NCBI GenBank assembly: GCA_028534125.1
Contig: CM052817.1
Span: forward strand, 98,768,001 to 98,832,000
Length of the DNA stretch: 64,000 nucleotides
Source of the DNA: Lama glama
Lineage: Eukaryota
Reading direction: 5' to 3'
How positions within the stretch are numbered: the first letter of the stretch is position 1; each line of letters starts with the position of its first letter. The notes under the pieces were generated by a model. That model did no database searches and was not told the origin of the DNA. It was given only the letters and a program-made list of their open reading frames with translations. Shown piece by piece: positions 52,201 to 64,000 of the stretch. Position numbers and translations under genes: made by a program.

Positions 52201-53489
52201 CTTATTCAGAGGATTTCTTCTGCTATCAAAGTAGGACCTTCATCTGCTAAGAAGGCTGCATTGAGAAAATTTTCTCATTGCTTTTCATGTAGGATTTACG
52301 TTGGTTTGAAAATGAAGATTTTGATTCCTTGTCACTGTGAAAAATAGACGCAGCAATAGAAACCCAAACCTTACGGTTTCTGTAGCATAGAACTGCCCCA
52401 CTTATTTTGGACTCAAATCTGACCTATTCACCAGGCTGGACCACAGCCTAAAACGAGGAAATACACAAAGGGAGCTTTGTCATTAGTGTGAGATTTGGGC
52501 ACTAAAGTTTATTTTCTTTCCTTCCAATCAAAGCCTCTAACCCTCACCCAGGTGACTCTTACTTTACATTTAAGTTTCTGAAACCTGAAATACCTCTCCA
52601 GAATGTTAAATGCAGTAAATTAGAAGTGGACGGGGGGCTGCTAAAAGAATAGTTGGAGTGGTCCTTATGATACAAAAGATGAAGGTTCAGAGTGTGATGG
52701 CAAGGGAGGAGGAAAGTAATTTTAAGATCAGAAGAAACATTAAAAAAAGAAAAGACATGATTCATTTTTAAAGAAATAGGGATGATGTCCCCTCAAACTT
52801 AAATAGCCCTACTGCCTTAGAGCTTATAATGGTGTTTGTTCTGATAGTGATGAGTGTTTGGTGTTTTCCAGAATAAGTATTGAATGAACTGATCAAGCTT
52901 TTCCATACTCTTCCAATGAATGGTTCTCTTAGACTTGATTCCAAGGGCCTTTATTATCTGAATGTGCTTACCATATGCTAAACTGTTGCCAAGAGAGCGG
53001 ACTAACCTGATGATGGATTTTTTGGTATGCAGAGGATGAATTTCTGGAAGATGTTGCAGGTTTTGCTTTTGTGATAAAATCTTTAAAGTCACAATATTTA
53101 TTAATATGTATGTATACTCTTAGAATCTCCAGTCTGGCCGCATATGGAGTCCTATTCAAAAACCATATGATTCCAACTTGTGCTTGTAATTTGTTTTTAG
53201 AAAGAGCCGATTTGTTTGAAGATATCAATTTCAGAATATATTAAGTATTCCCTAAAGTATAGGAGGTTGGCCTCAACTTGTCCTGACCTTAAGACATTAC
53301 TTGGAAGTTGATCCTTTTAAAAAAAAAAAAAAAACCTAGATATATGCTTACATGCTTGCCATTCACTTACTTCACAAAAGCACAACATAGAAAAAATAGT
53401 GGTGGTTCGGGTTTTAGACAAGTATAGAAACTTCTGTGACTTATCTCAATAAGGTCTCTTAGGATGTTTTCATAGGTTGTAAATCACAC

Positions 53490-53690
53490 TGTAGTGTACG
53501 GTCAAGTACACAGGATGCACCCCAAGTCAGACAGGCTGAGTTCAGATCTCAGCTCCTCCCTCACTGGCTGTGAGACCCTGAGCAGGTGACTTAACCTCTT
53601 TGAGCCTTGGTTCCTTTTTGTGTAAAATGGACATCACCATGCCCACTTCCCAGGCTGCTTCTGGGGGCTGGTGCAGTTCCTGTGTCAGTG
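53490..53690 (+). mobile_element. MIR SINE
   Basis: 'gtcagacaggctgagttcagatctcagctcc...ggctgtgagaccctgagcaggtgacttaacctctttgagccttggttcc...tgtaaaatgg'. Confidence 0.8.
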
Positions 53691-54230
53691 AGATTCCTAG
53701 TGTGTGCCGTTTGTTTCCTTTCCCTCTCTGCTGGAAACAGAAAAGTTTGGATTAGAAAATTATCGCCTTATTTTGATTCTCAGTTGCCTCTTCTGTAACA
53801 CTATGATTTCTTTCTTTGTTTATTACGGCAATATGACTGAGTCCTAGGGAACACTGACTCAAAGTTCTAGTCACTTCTGCTTGAAAATGTTTAGCTTCTA
53901 TATCAGAGTTAGAGGAAAACTCATGCTTCACAGATTTCCTCTGACTTCCTCACCTGAATTCTGCTAAAATTTGGCTCCAGCCTCTCTCCCTTGGTGGAAA
54001 GCTCTGGAGTAGGTTTGTAACTTTTTTCCTGTAGGAATTAAGACCGGGGTCCTCAGTGGGGGCAGTCAGAGGGTCAGCTTAGAAATCACCTCCTTTATAG
54101 GAAGGGCGATCATTGTCCCTCCTCCCAGAATTTAGTAGCTATAAATATCTGTGAATTTTTCATCCTATTGGGATATTAATGGTAGAGGTACTTCCTGAAA
54201 CCAAATCTTTGGCCTCCAGATTCCGTGACT

Positions 54231-54363
54231 GGGGGCATTGGGTGTCACTCAAGTGGTAGAGCGCATGCTTAGCATGCACGAAGTCTTGCTAAGGTTCAAT
54301 CCCCAGTACCTCCATAAAAATAAATAAATCTAATTACCCACCTCCCCCATCCAAAAAAAAAAA
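54231..54363 (+). mobile_element. tRNA-Ala-derived SINE (camelid vic-1-like)
   Basis: 'ctcaagtggtagagcgcatgcttagcatgcacg...ggttcaatccccagtacctcc...ctaattacc...' plus a poly(A) tail. Diverged TSD agattccgtgact (54218-30) / agattctatgatt (54364-76). Confidence 0.9.
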
Positions 54364-54548
54364 AGATTCTATGATTAGTCTCCATTGGTGAATCATCATT
54401 ATTACGGGGAGGACACAGTGGGAAAAAGAAAGTTAAGTCCTTGTTTTTTTTTTTTTTTAATGAAAGCAGACTAAATGTAGGGAGTTGTCTGCAGATGCCA
54501 GTGAGAAGCTCTTTACTGTAAGTGCTGTCATCTTTTAGCTTCAGTTCT

Positions 54549-54562
54549 GTTTCCATGGCAAC
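54549..54562. promoter_or_regulatory. RFX X-box motif
   Basis: GTTTCCATGGCAAC matches the palindromic X-box consensus GTTNCCATGGNAAC. Binding is not demonstrated. Confidence 0.5.
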
Positions 54563-57500
54563 CACAGGGTTGGTGAGTGCCTGGCTGAATGGTTTTTACA
54601 GGAAGCCGAAAAACATTGCTATTCTAAGTAGCTTTCTTCTTTGCTGTATAAAGGAGTCCCTTCCCTGACTGTAGGCCAGCCAACATTTACTGGGAACAAA
54701 GCAGGCTATTTATGCTGATTGTGTTCTGGGTAGAGGGTGAAAAAAAAAAAAAATCAGGGAGATTGCCAGTCCCTGCTTACTGACCTGTGAATTTATTTTT
54801 CTGGTTGTTTGTTCCTAGCATTTTGTAAAAACTGAATGACTTATTTTAATTCTTTATTTCAGGTACAATTTCCCTGTTCATTTTAAGCAGAGCTTATATT
54901 CTAGAGCTAGAACTGGCGAAAAAAAAAAGGGGGGTGGTGGTGTGTGTCTGGGATAATATTAGTTATGGTGTAGTCAATCTGCTGAATTTATAGCTTTCAA
55001 GTATCTATGAGGGCAGTCTGTTAAAAAAGATGTCTCTTGCTAGCAGCAGAAACAGGCAGATAATGGCTTAGGCAGTTACTAAGCTTACCCTTTATTGTAT
55101 ATTAAAATTGTCAGTTGGATTTTTTTTTTACATCTTAAAAAACTTATGTTTCTATTTGTTTATATGATTAAAAAATTGTATATGACAGAAAAGTCCATGG
55201 GGGGTTCAAAATTAAATGCAGTTCTCTTTTGGCAATTCGTAACTTGTAATGTGACCATTTTTTCTTAGGGGGGAAAAGTAAGGATATCAGTACAATTCCA
55301 TTGAAAGCCTGTAAAATTTAGTTTCAAATATAAGCCTCTTCCTGGGCTTTCTTTCTGGGGCTCCTTCAAATCCTCTTTAGAAGTAAGGTAGAACAAACTG
55401 TTATTTCTAAACTACTTTTCTGTAGAGGCCACTTTTTAAACCTGAACTCTGATAATGAAAGTATTTGATTTCAGCAGGAGGTGTGGACCTTTGTTCTCTC
55501 TCCGTCTCTTCTTCTTTCTTTCATGTATACACACACCTAGTTAAAATGAAAGAAAATCCATAAATTCCAATTCCATGTATTTTTACTTCTGATATCCATC
55601 ATGCCATTATTTCTTGTATAAAGTGTGGTCCTTGTTCCGAAAGGTAGACATTCCAAAGGTGCTAAGATTTTGACTTTGACTCTAGGTTAAGATAGGTTTA
55701 GATAAGTTGATGTTGGTTTAAACTAGCCTCTCACTGAGATCCAGTGATGTTTCTTTTGCATTTTTATTGGGTCTTAGAAATTTTCCATAAAATAGACTTG
55801 TAAAGTATCTCAAGAGACCCTTATTTAACAGAACCCCAAGTCTTTGAATGGCACCAAATGGCAGGTTTAATTTCAAGTTGCTTTGCTATGAATCTCCTCT
55901 ACCAAATGGTTGCAGTAGTAGATTTCATAAGGAATTTTTCTCAAATCACCCTAAAATAATGATGAGGTTTAATTCCTGAAAGACTTTACATGAGCTAAGA
56001 TGAATATTTTAAGGTGTCCAGAGCCAAAATTTGATTAGCAAATATTTGCTGAATACCTCCTTAAGGAGCTACAGGGTTTGACTGGTATAGTCAAGAAGTT
56101 TATCAATTATCTTGGCATAAACAAACCCCTCATAAATCTGGGAACAAGGACTACCTTGCATAATAATGGGTTGGTAGGAATTCATAGAAAGTGTAAGATG
56201 GAGCCTCTGGGGTGGGGGTGGCGGGCTACCTGGAGGAAATGGGACTCAGGGCATTTCATTAATTCAGTAGAAATGTGCTGAACACAAAGCGTACACTCTG
56301 GGTGCTGTGTACTATGCTGGAATTCTAGTGATGACCAAGGCAATGTGTGTGTGTGGAATGCACAGTCTGGTAAGAGGTCCAGACACAAAACCAGGCAGTT
56401 GCCTCAGTGGTAATGTCTGTGCTTGACAGAGTATTAAGGGAAAATCTGGATTTGGAGGGCATGAAGGTTTCATTGATGACGATTTCTTTGAGGTCGTATG
56501 AAGCTGAAACTTGAACCGAAAGAAATCCCAAATGAACATTGCTATTTACCCGCTTACAATAGTGGTCCTTTTTTTCTCCCTCAGAAAAATGAAGGCAGCT
56601 TTTCTGAAAGCAGTGTCCTAAATCCTAAATAAGCTTTTCTTAGAAACTAAAAAATTTAAATTATAGAACTTTGTGGTAGGAAATGATCTTAGAGAAATCT
56701 AACCTGCTTTACCACCAGCTCCTTAGTAACTCTGGGAAGGGTAAGACATACCGGATTTCCAGAGAGCTGGGGAGTCAGAAAATGGAGACCTTTTCTGGTT
56801 CAGAATGTATGTATCCAGGAAGGATGACATCCCTATGTCTTCTGCCTTTTTTCTTTTGAGGAAAGAGTTTATTATGCCCCTAATACATGCATAGTATATT
56901 TTATCAGACCTCAAGCCTCTATCTGTTTCTGTATCCTTTCACAGACCAAATAGTGAAAGAAAAAAAAGTGAGTGTGGCAATCTGTTAAGAACTAGAACTG
57001 AAATTACGGCTGCCACCTCTTCACCCTGCCCTAATTAATCTGTCTACTGAAGGATAGAAAAATTAGTGTTTTTAAATGGCCCACATTCATTTGGAAAACT
57101 TAGATCTGCTCTCGTGGACACATTATTTCTCAGTTGGAGTTTCCCCGTTAGATCCTGCTGATGGCTTTAATTTTGTGCCTTAGCAGGAGGACTACTGCCC
57201 CTCTTTTGTGTAGCTTGCTTTTAAAATCCACCTAACATCCATTATTCGTGAAGAGCTTCTTGCACTGAAGAAAGACTTTAGAAACAAACCGTAAGAGGTC
57301 TTCTAAACCGATAGACTTTTCCTCGCCTTTATTAAGAGTGATTTTGAGACGTTATTCGTGGGATTGATACGTTATTTTCTGAAGTCACATTTAGTGACAT
57401 GGCTCATAACTCAGTGTTAAATGCCAGTCTTTGAAATATGTGATAGAAGGAAGAAACAGACCACCAGAGTTAAAGAACAAGAAATATGTTTAAAAAATAA

Positions 57501-58639
57501 AAGAATTATCTATGTGTCCAGATACGTGGACTATTCTAAAGGTATTGAGCATTTTATGGGATGCTGTTTTTCGAGTTGTTTCTTTGGGCTGCTTTACTCC
57601 TGTGGCGGTTCTTCTATTGCAGTGTTCGCCTATTGTGACGTTTTGAATGGTAATTACTGCTTTTCTTGTTCATCTCTACCATGAGACTACGTGCTTCTTT
57701 GTTTATGCTTGGCCTGTGGTAGACACTTGATTAATGCTAGAATTTTTTTTTCCCCTGGGAAAATATCTAATGTATTGAACTTGTAGGAAAGTGTGTGTTT
57801 ATTAGTTATACTTATAGAAAAGATTATCCATTGAGTTAAGATTTTTAAAAAGCATTTGAGGCCATGAATTACTGAAAATGAAGAAATAACATGTATCAAC
57901 TCCTTTCACATGCTCTCATGTTTAGTCCTGAAAGATGTAGTGGAACTGGTTTCTTGCCCATGTTGTAGACTGAGCCTCAGAGAGGTTGAGTATCTTACCT
58001 ACGATTCTACTTGTTTAAAAGGGGGGGGGGGGGAAGTCAGGCTCAGCAGGGTGTCCTCTGCTCCCAGCAAAAGCTTGTGCTGCTGAGCGCATACCTTCTG
58101 GGCTGACAGCTGTATTTTAAATACCACCACAAGTGCGTTATCCTAGACGATGGGAGTGAAAACAGAACTGGAATCTGCTCATTCCCCTTCTGTGAATATT
58201 AGTTTTGGTTCACCTTTAATCGTCCCCATCAACTTGCATCCCTGCCTGCTGGTGTTCTATTTCTAGTGTGTTTTAAGTTTACAGTTTTAGTTAAACACAG
58301 TAATGACAGTGCATAGCAGTACCCATCTATGTTGTGAAAAATATGAACTGAGACTTGTATTTTAAGCCAGCCAGCTGCAGAGGGAGGGAAGTTCCCATTC
58401 TTTCCTTATTTATTCGTTATCGGTGCAGTCTAGTTGTTTGCATCATCTGGGTTCCTGTCAGTTTTCTTCTGTTGGCTATTGAGATGCAGCCCAATGAAAT
58501 AGTAACAATTCCAGCTTAAAAGGTTTTGATTTTTCTTAAACACTGTACAGGCCGGTAGCTGCTTTCTAGTCTTAGGACAAAGAATGTCTATCATGCCGAC
58601 TGTGGGACCCCCCAGTGGGCCCTTGATGCTGCCTGCAGG

Positions 58640-60623
58640 CCCATCTCATTTCCCTCCTTGTTCATTCTCCCCACAATCACAGATTGCAATTTCACACCTT
58701 TTCTTTCTCCTCGAATCTGCTGTACCTCCTCCCCCAGTCTCACTGTGAGCTAATGACTTTGCTTCAGTTTTCTTGGTGAAGCAGGAAGCAATCCACCAGC
58801 CTCTCCACCACATACATGTCCCCACCTGGCAGCTTCCAGCCGGCTTCCTTTGTTGTCGAAGACTGACCGCATTCTCATGCAGGTTGAGTCCTTTCCCCTG
58901 CACACTGATCCATCCCCTCTCACAAAGGGATGCAGCTCCAGCAATTCCCTTTTCTTGAATCACCATTTTCCCCCCTACTAGATAATGTCAACAGCATAGT
59001 AACCTGTGTTGTTTCTCTCATCTTGAAAAATAAGTTGTCTTAACCATGGACTCCCTTCTTCCTTCCGCCACCTTCCCACTCCTCTGTCCCACCTTTCCAG
59101 TCAAAATGCCTTGAAAGAGTTGTCTGTACTTAGTGTCACCAGTTCTTCTCCTGTCTCTGTTAAAGCCGCTCCAGCTAGACTTTCATTTTAGCCACTACAC
59201 CAAAACAGCTCAAAGACCCTCATGATCTCCATGGTTCTCAGTTCCACGGCCACTCCTCAGTCTTCATCTTACTTGGCGTGTCAGTAACACTGACCCAGTG
59301 GATTGCTCCCGCCTCAAAACACTTTCTGAGCTTGGTTTCTGTGAAGTACAAAGTCTTGCTTTTCTTCCTCTCTCATTGACTGTTCCTTGTCAGTCTTCTT
59401 CACTGGTTTCACTTCTTCTCCTTGACCTTGTGATGTGGCTGTATTTCGGGGCTCAGGCCTTAGCCCTCTTCCCTGTGTGCATTCATTGCTGTAATTAACC
59501 TCAAGGTTTTAAAGAGCATTCACCTGTTGGTGAGACACAAATTTACATCTCCAGGCTAGCTCTCTCCCATGAAATTCAGATTTATGTCCAACTTTCCACC
59601 CAGCACCTCCACCTGGATATTTAATAGGCATTTCATAGTTCATGTTCCAAATCTGAATTCACCAGCATCCTCCCACCACTAACCTTGCCTGTTATCTTGA
59701 ACTCTTCCACTAGAGTTACTGGCCAGCCCATCCTTCCAGTGGCTCAAGCCAAAACCCTGAACCTTCATACTCTTCTCTTTCTCTCATGTCCCCATATCCA
59801 AGGAGCAGTGAGACCCCCTCTCATTCCATCCACTCCTGACACCTTGGCACAGGCCACTCTCCTGTCTTGCTGAGTAGCAGTAGCCTCCAACCGTGCTGCT
59901 GTCTGTCCTTGTCTTTCTGCAGTTTGGTCTGAACACGGCGTGATGCTGTTAGAAGTGAGTCATGTTGTGGCAGTCCTCTGCTCTGAAGCCTCCAGTGGTT
60001 TCCCGTCTCACACAGAGGAAAGGCAGAGTCCTGACTAGGGGCTGGCAGGCCCTACCCAATCTGCTTCCCTTCTTTACTGTGCTGACCTCTTCTGCAGTCA
60101 CCCCTCCCCTCTACCTGGTCCAGGACTGATTCCTATGAACAGGCCAAGGCCTGTGCATATTCTGTTCCCTCTCCTGGAACCACTTACACCCCTCCCCAGA
60201 TATTCATATGGCTTCTCCATTACCGCTCTTAATATTTGGTCAGATGTCACCATTGCAGCGAGGCCTTCACTGACCACCCTGTTTAGCACGGCAGCACCTG
60301 TCCCCTGCATTCACTGCTCCCCTTCCTTACTATCTTTCTATGTGGCACTTACCACCTTTTAACATTGTATAAATTTACTCATGTATTTTTTTTCATTGAA
60401 GTATAGTCAGTTACAGTGTGTCAGTTTCTAGTGTACAGCCTAATGTCCCAGTCTACTCATGCATTTTTGTTGTGCATCAGCTCATACTTGCTCCATGAAG
60501 GCAAGGATTTTTGTCTTTCTCTCTGTTTTTTTTTTTTTTTTTTTTTTTTTTACTGTTTCTGTAGCATCTAGCATAGTGAGTGGCATGTGGTAGGTTCTCA
60601 GTATGAATTTGTTGAATGAATGA
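58640..60623 (+). mobile_element. L2 (L2a-like) LINE, ~2-kb 3' portion
   Basis: Pyrimidine-rich L2 body ('cacctccacctggatatttaataggcatttca', 'ccagtggctcaagccaaaacc'), ending with the canonical '...gtaggttctcagtatgaatttgttgaatgaatga'. Confidence 0.85.
60391..60453 (-). mobile_element. Extremely 5'-truncated L1 3' terminus nested in L2
   Basis: 'ttgaagtatagtcagttacagtgtgtcagtttctagtgtacagc', flanked by TSD tactcatg(t/c)attttt (60376-90 and 60454-68). Confidence 0.8.
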
Positions 60624-61434
60624 GAACAGGAGAGTTTAATATTTTATGAGGTATGTCAGTATCCTGAGTATACCTTAATAGAATTAGTCAAAATAATGTT
60701 TATCTTAGTTTATAATTTATTTATATGACACCTATCATTTCTTGAGAGTGGTGATGACTTATTCAGGTAAATCTGAACCTAATTACTGATTATGTAATCT
60801 GGTTAACTATTTAGCCAAATATTTATTTAATGGCTAGAACATGAATTAAAGGAATGCAAACATCTTATGCAATCCGTGATTGGAAAGCCCAACTTATATT
60901 GACAGGTGAAATTATTAAACAATTGATTAGAAAGAACTTAACAGAACTGCTAGGGGAGGGGGGATGAACCATCTCTTTGAGCTGTTCTATTCTCTAAACT
61001 TGTTAAATACTTTTATTCCACATAATAGGCAACTTAATTCTTTGACATTTATTCTAGTCAAATGCCAACTAATTTAGTACTGGATGAAATATTTCCTTGT
61101 AATAAAATAAATTCAAAATTAACTGACTTTCCAGACAGATACATTCATACAGGAATTTTTTTTAATTCAGTTATTTTTTTCATGTTATATTGATTATAGA
61201 AACAAATGAAATGGCGCTTTAAAAATTGGATTAAACTTTGATAGATGTCTGTTTTATTTAGCCAAGAAAGTAAAACTGGATTCAGCCCCATTTAAGAACC
61301 TTTTGTTAAATATATATGTGTAAAAAAACAAAGTAGATGGAGATAAGAGACATAAATGACTATAAAAACAATAGAACGTGATATGAACTGTAAAAGTTAG
61401 AAAGATGAACTGTGGGATTCCACAGGAGGGGAGG

Positions 61435-61620
61435 CACCATGGTGTAAGTTCAAAGCAGAGATGTGGAAGTGGAGGGGCCGTGTCTAAACTCCTGTGCTCC
61501 TGTTCACGACCTGCATGTGGGCGAGTTGCTCCCTCTAGACTTTTTTTTTTTTTTTTTGTAAATGAGGAGTGATAATGGTGTCAAACTCATGGTTATTGTA
61601 GGAATTGATGAGATAATACA
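61435..61620 (+). mobile_element. MIR SINE
   Basis: 'gtaaatgaggagtgataatgg...ctcatggttattgtaggaattgatgagataatac'. Confidence 0.6.
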
Positions 61621-61964
61621 TCTACAGGACAGAGAGAATTCAGAGAGGTTCAGTGATGCCTAAACCCTCTTAAGTCCTGAATGATGGTGGTAGAGATTGC
61701 ATCTGTGACACCACTCACCCAGAGAAGTCATTTCTGTGTCTGAGAACTCAGTTCCACTAGGAGCAGCTCCATACCAAGCCACTGTTCATTCGACACAGTT
61801 CATTTACAGTTCATTCAGACCCTGGGGAACGAAGAATAGGAAATGCCATCGCCTGCCTGGAGGTCACGGCACCACAGTGCAGTCAGGAAGGCCACTTCAG
61901 GCTGAGGAACGGCGTGAGGAAGCATATGGTAGTAAGAGCCAGCACTGAGGTGGAAATTACCCAC

Positions 61965-62385
61965 ATGTCCCCTAAGTGGTGATCGAATCCACGAAATGTG
62001 GTGTCCATACACCCGAGTATTACTCAGCTGTAGAAAGGAATGAAGTACTAACATGTGCCACAGCACAGGCGAACCTTAAACACGTGCTGAGTAAAAGAAA
62101 CCAGTTGCAAAATGCTACGGATTATATGATTTGATTTATATAAAACGTCCAGGACAGACAAATCCGTAGAGACAGAAAGTGGACGATGGAACTTGGGAAT
62201 GAGGAGAGGGAGGCCTGGGGTGAATGATAATGGGCCTGGGGCAGTTCTTTTTAGATGATGGAAGTGTCCTCAAATAGGTTGCGGTGATGGTTCCTGGACT
62301 CTGAATACGCTAAACACCATTGAATTGTTCGCTCTAAATGAGTGAATTGCATGGTTTGTGAATTGTGTTTCCCTAAATCTGTTAA
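61965..62385 (+). mobile_element. Old L1 (L1MB-like) 3' end
   Basis: 'aatgtggtgtccatac...aaaggaatgaagtacta...caaatccgtagagacagaaagt...gtgatggtt...aaacaccattgaattgt'. Confidence 0.85.
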
Positions 62386-62865
62386 ACAACAGAGAACCAC
62401 CAGCACCCGTACTGTAGGGAACCCAGAGAGGTCCTGGTGTGGCCAAGGAGCAAGTGTGCAGAAGAAATGGCAAAGGTAGGGTTGGAGGGTCAGGCGGGGT
62501 CCGTCTCGTGTGCCCTGTCAAGGAGGGAAGTCGGGGAGTGCTAGACATGGTGTGGTCACCCGGCACCTGTGGGAGACTGCAGTACCAGCACGGTCTTCAT
62601 TTGTTTCCACGCTTGGAAGGAGAGGGATGACTGGAGCTACTGGACCAGTGACAGGAGCCAGGCAAGAGAAAGTGAGGGCTGAACCCAGGAGTAGGGAAAG
62701 AAATACTTGAGAGCCATGTGGACGGAAAAGCGTTGGGAAGGGTTGGTGAAGAAGGGAGGAAAGGCTGGCTCCCAGGACGTCAGCGTGGAGGAAGGGGTGT
62801 GTGCAATCACCAACTGAGATGAAGAGAAACGGGTTTATCAGGAAAGGTGAAAAATGTTACTCTTC

Positions 62866-63229
62866 TGTTACAAACTGTCTGTCTGTGTCTTCCTAAAATG
62901 TGTATGTTGGAACCCTAATCCCCAGTGCGATGGTATTAGGAGGAGGGGCCTTTGGGAGATAATTAGGGTTAGAGGAGGTCATGAGGGTGGGCCCCCCACG
63001 TGGGATTAGTGCCCTTAGAGAAGAGACAGGAGAGAACCTGCTTCCTCCCGTGTCCTCTCTGCAACCCCCTCCCCATGTGAGGAAACCAGCAAGAGGGCTC
63101 TGCCCACACCCCACACGCACTGGCACTCTGATCCCGGACTCTCAGCCTCCAGAACTGTGAGAAATAAGTCTGTTGTTTAAGCTACCAGTCTATGGTGATT
63201 TGTTAAAGCAGCGCCAACTGATGGAAACA
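62866..63229 (+). mobile_element. MLT1A-like (ERVL-MaLR) solo LTR
   Basis: 'tatgttggaaccctaatccccagtgcgatggtattaggagg.ggggcctttgggag...cagcctccagaactgtgagaaataa...aaca'. Confidence 0.9.
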
Positions 63230-64000
63230 CTTTTTAAAAACACTGTGCCCTGAGCTGAGTTGCAGTGACGTACAGAAGCCACATCTCGCTGGACCAGAAT
63301 TGGAATGACTGGAGCAGTATCGCTGCCGTCCCACTTCCTGCATCTAGCTCTCTATATTTCTCGGGTGCTGCTTTCTAACTCTGCTGTGAGATTCACCCCC
63401 ACCCCCCGCCACCGCCAATGGAAAGCTAAATGGTGATCAGGAAGACAATGAATTACTGACATAGCTCAATCCTTCCAAGTACTAGAGCACTGATTTTTTT
63501 TTTAAAACTTCGTTATTATTGGGAGAGGAGTACTTTTAAAAAAAGAAATCTTCTCATGCATCCCATTAAAACAGGTGAAAGTGAAGCCTGTGTTCATCCA
63601 AAGCCCTGGAAGGTTGTTCTTCTTGTCACCACCAGGATGAATGGATGGCTGAGCCCCCTGGGGGTGGATCCAGGTTCTGCAGGACCTGAAACTGATACAG
63701 TATTGGGGGAGGGAGTGAAAAAAGACTATATGTTTAGGTACAGACCTTGGAAGGGCTTTGTGGCAAGTCTTCCTCTGTTCTTAATGATAACGATGGTGGT
63801 GGTAGAGATGAGTGTTAACACATATGAGCGGTTTTCATACACGAATCCTCATCACAACCTAAGGTGCACTGTGCCTGCGGCACAGAGAGGTCATGTCCAG
63901 GCTGGCATGGCTGGGGGTGGAGTCGCCGGGAGAGGGGAAGGATAGAAGAGTAAAGAGCACTGAACTGGGGACTGAGACCTCTATCAGCTCCAGCTTTGCC

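Noticed and set aside
54231..54312. tRNA-Ala gene (also 37510-37589)
   Set aside because: The cloverleaf is broken, and the SINE tail and TSDs mark both as retroposed SINEs.
1..64000. ORF-track entries as genes
   Set aside because: All are short, many start at non-ATG codons, and I recognised no cellular protein. The only clear protein matches are L1 and Tigger fragments.

Overview
Mammalian non-coding genomic DNA, very probably from a camelid, because two tRNA-Ala-derived SINEs resemble the camelid vic-1 type. I found no intact protein-coding gene, RNA gene or prokaryote-type system; the ORF-track entries are spurious, derived from transposable elements (TEs), or read through an N gap. The window looks like part of a long intron, probably of a + strand gene that I cannot identify. 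It is filled with TEs: ancient L1M, L2 and MIR; MER20, MER5A, MER53, MER82, MER8 and MER91A DNA transposons; and MLT1 LTRs. Seven ERV1-type solo LTRs lie at 31.6-42.6 kb and a rearranged L1 mosaic at 44.5-46.4 kb. A 500-N assembly gap sits at 34849-35348. The most interesting leads are all unproven: a Penelope-like RT peptide relic (~53.0 kb), the scrambled L1, candidate recursive-splice or micro-exon sites (8.7, 21.3, 54.5 kb) and an RFX X-box. TE family names come from my recall of consensus sequences, not from a search, and boundaries without target-site duplications (TSDs) are approximate.
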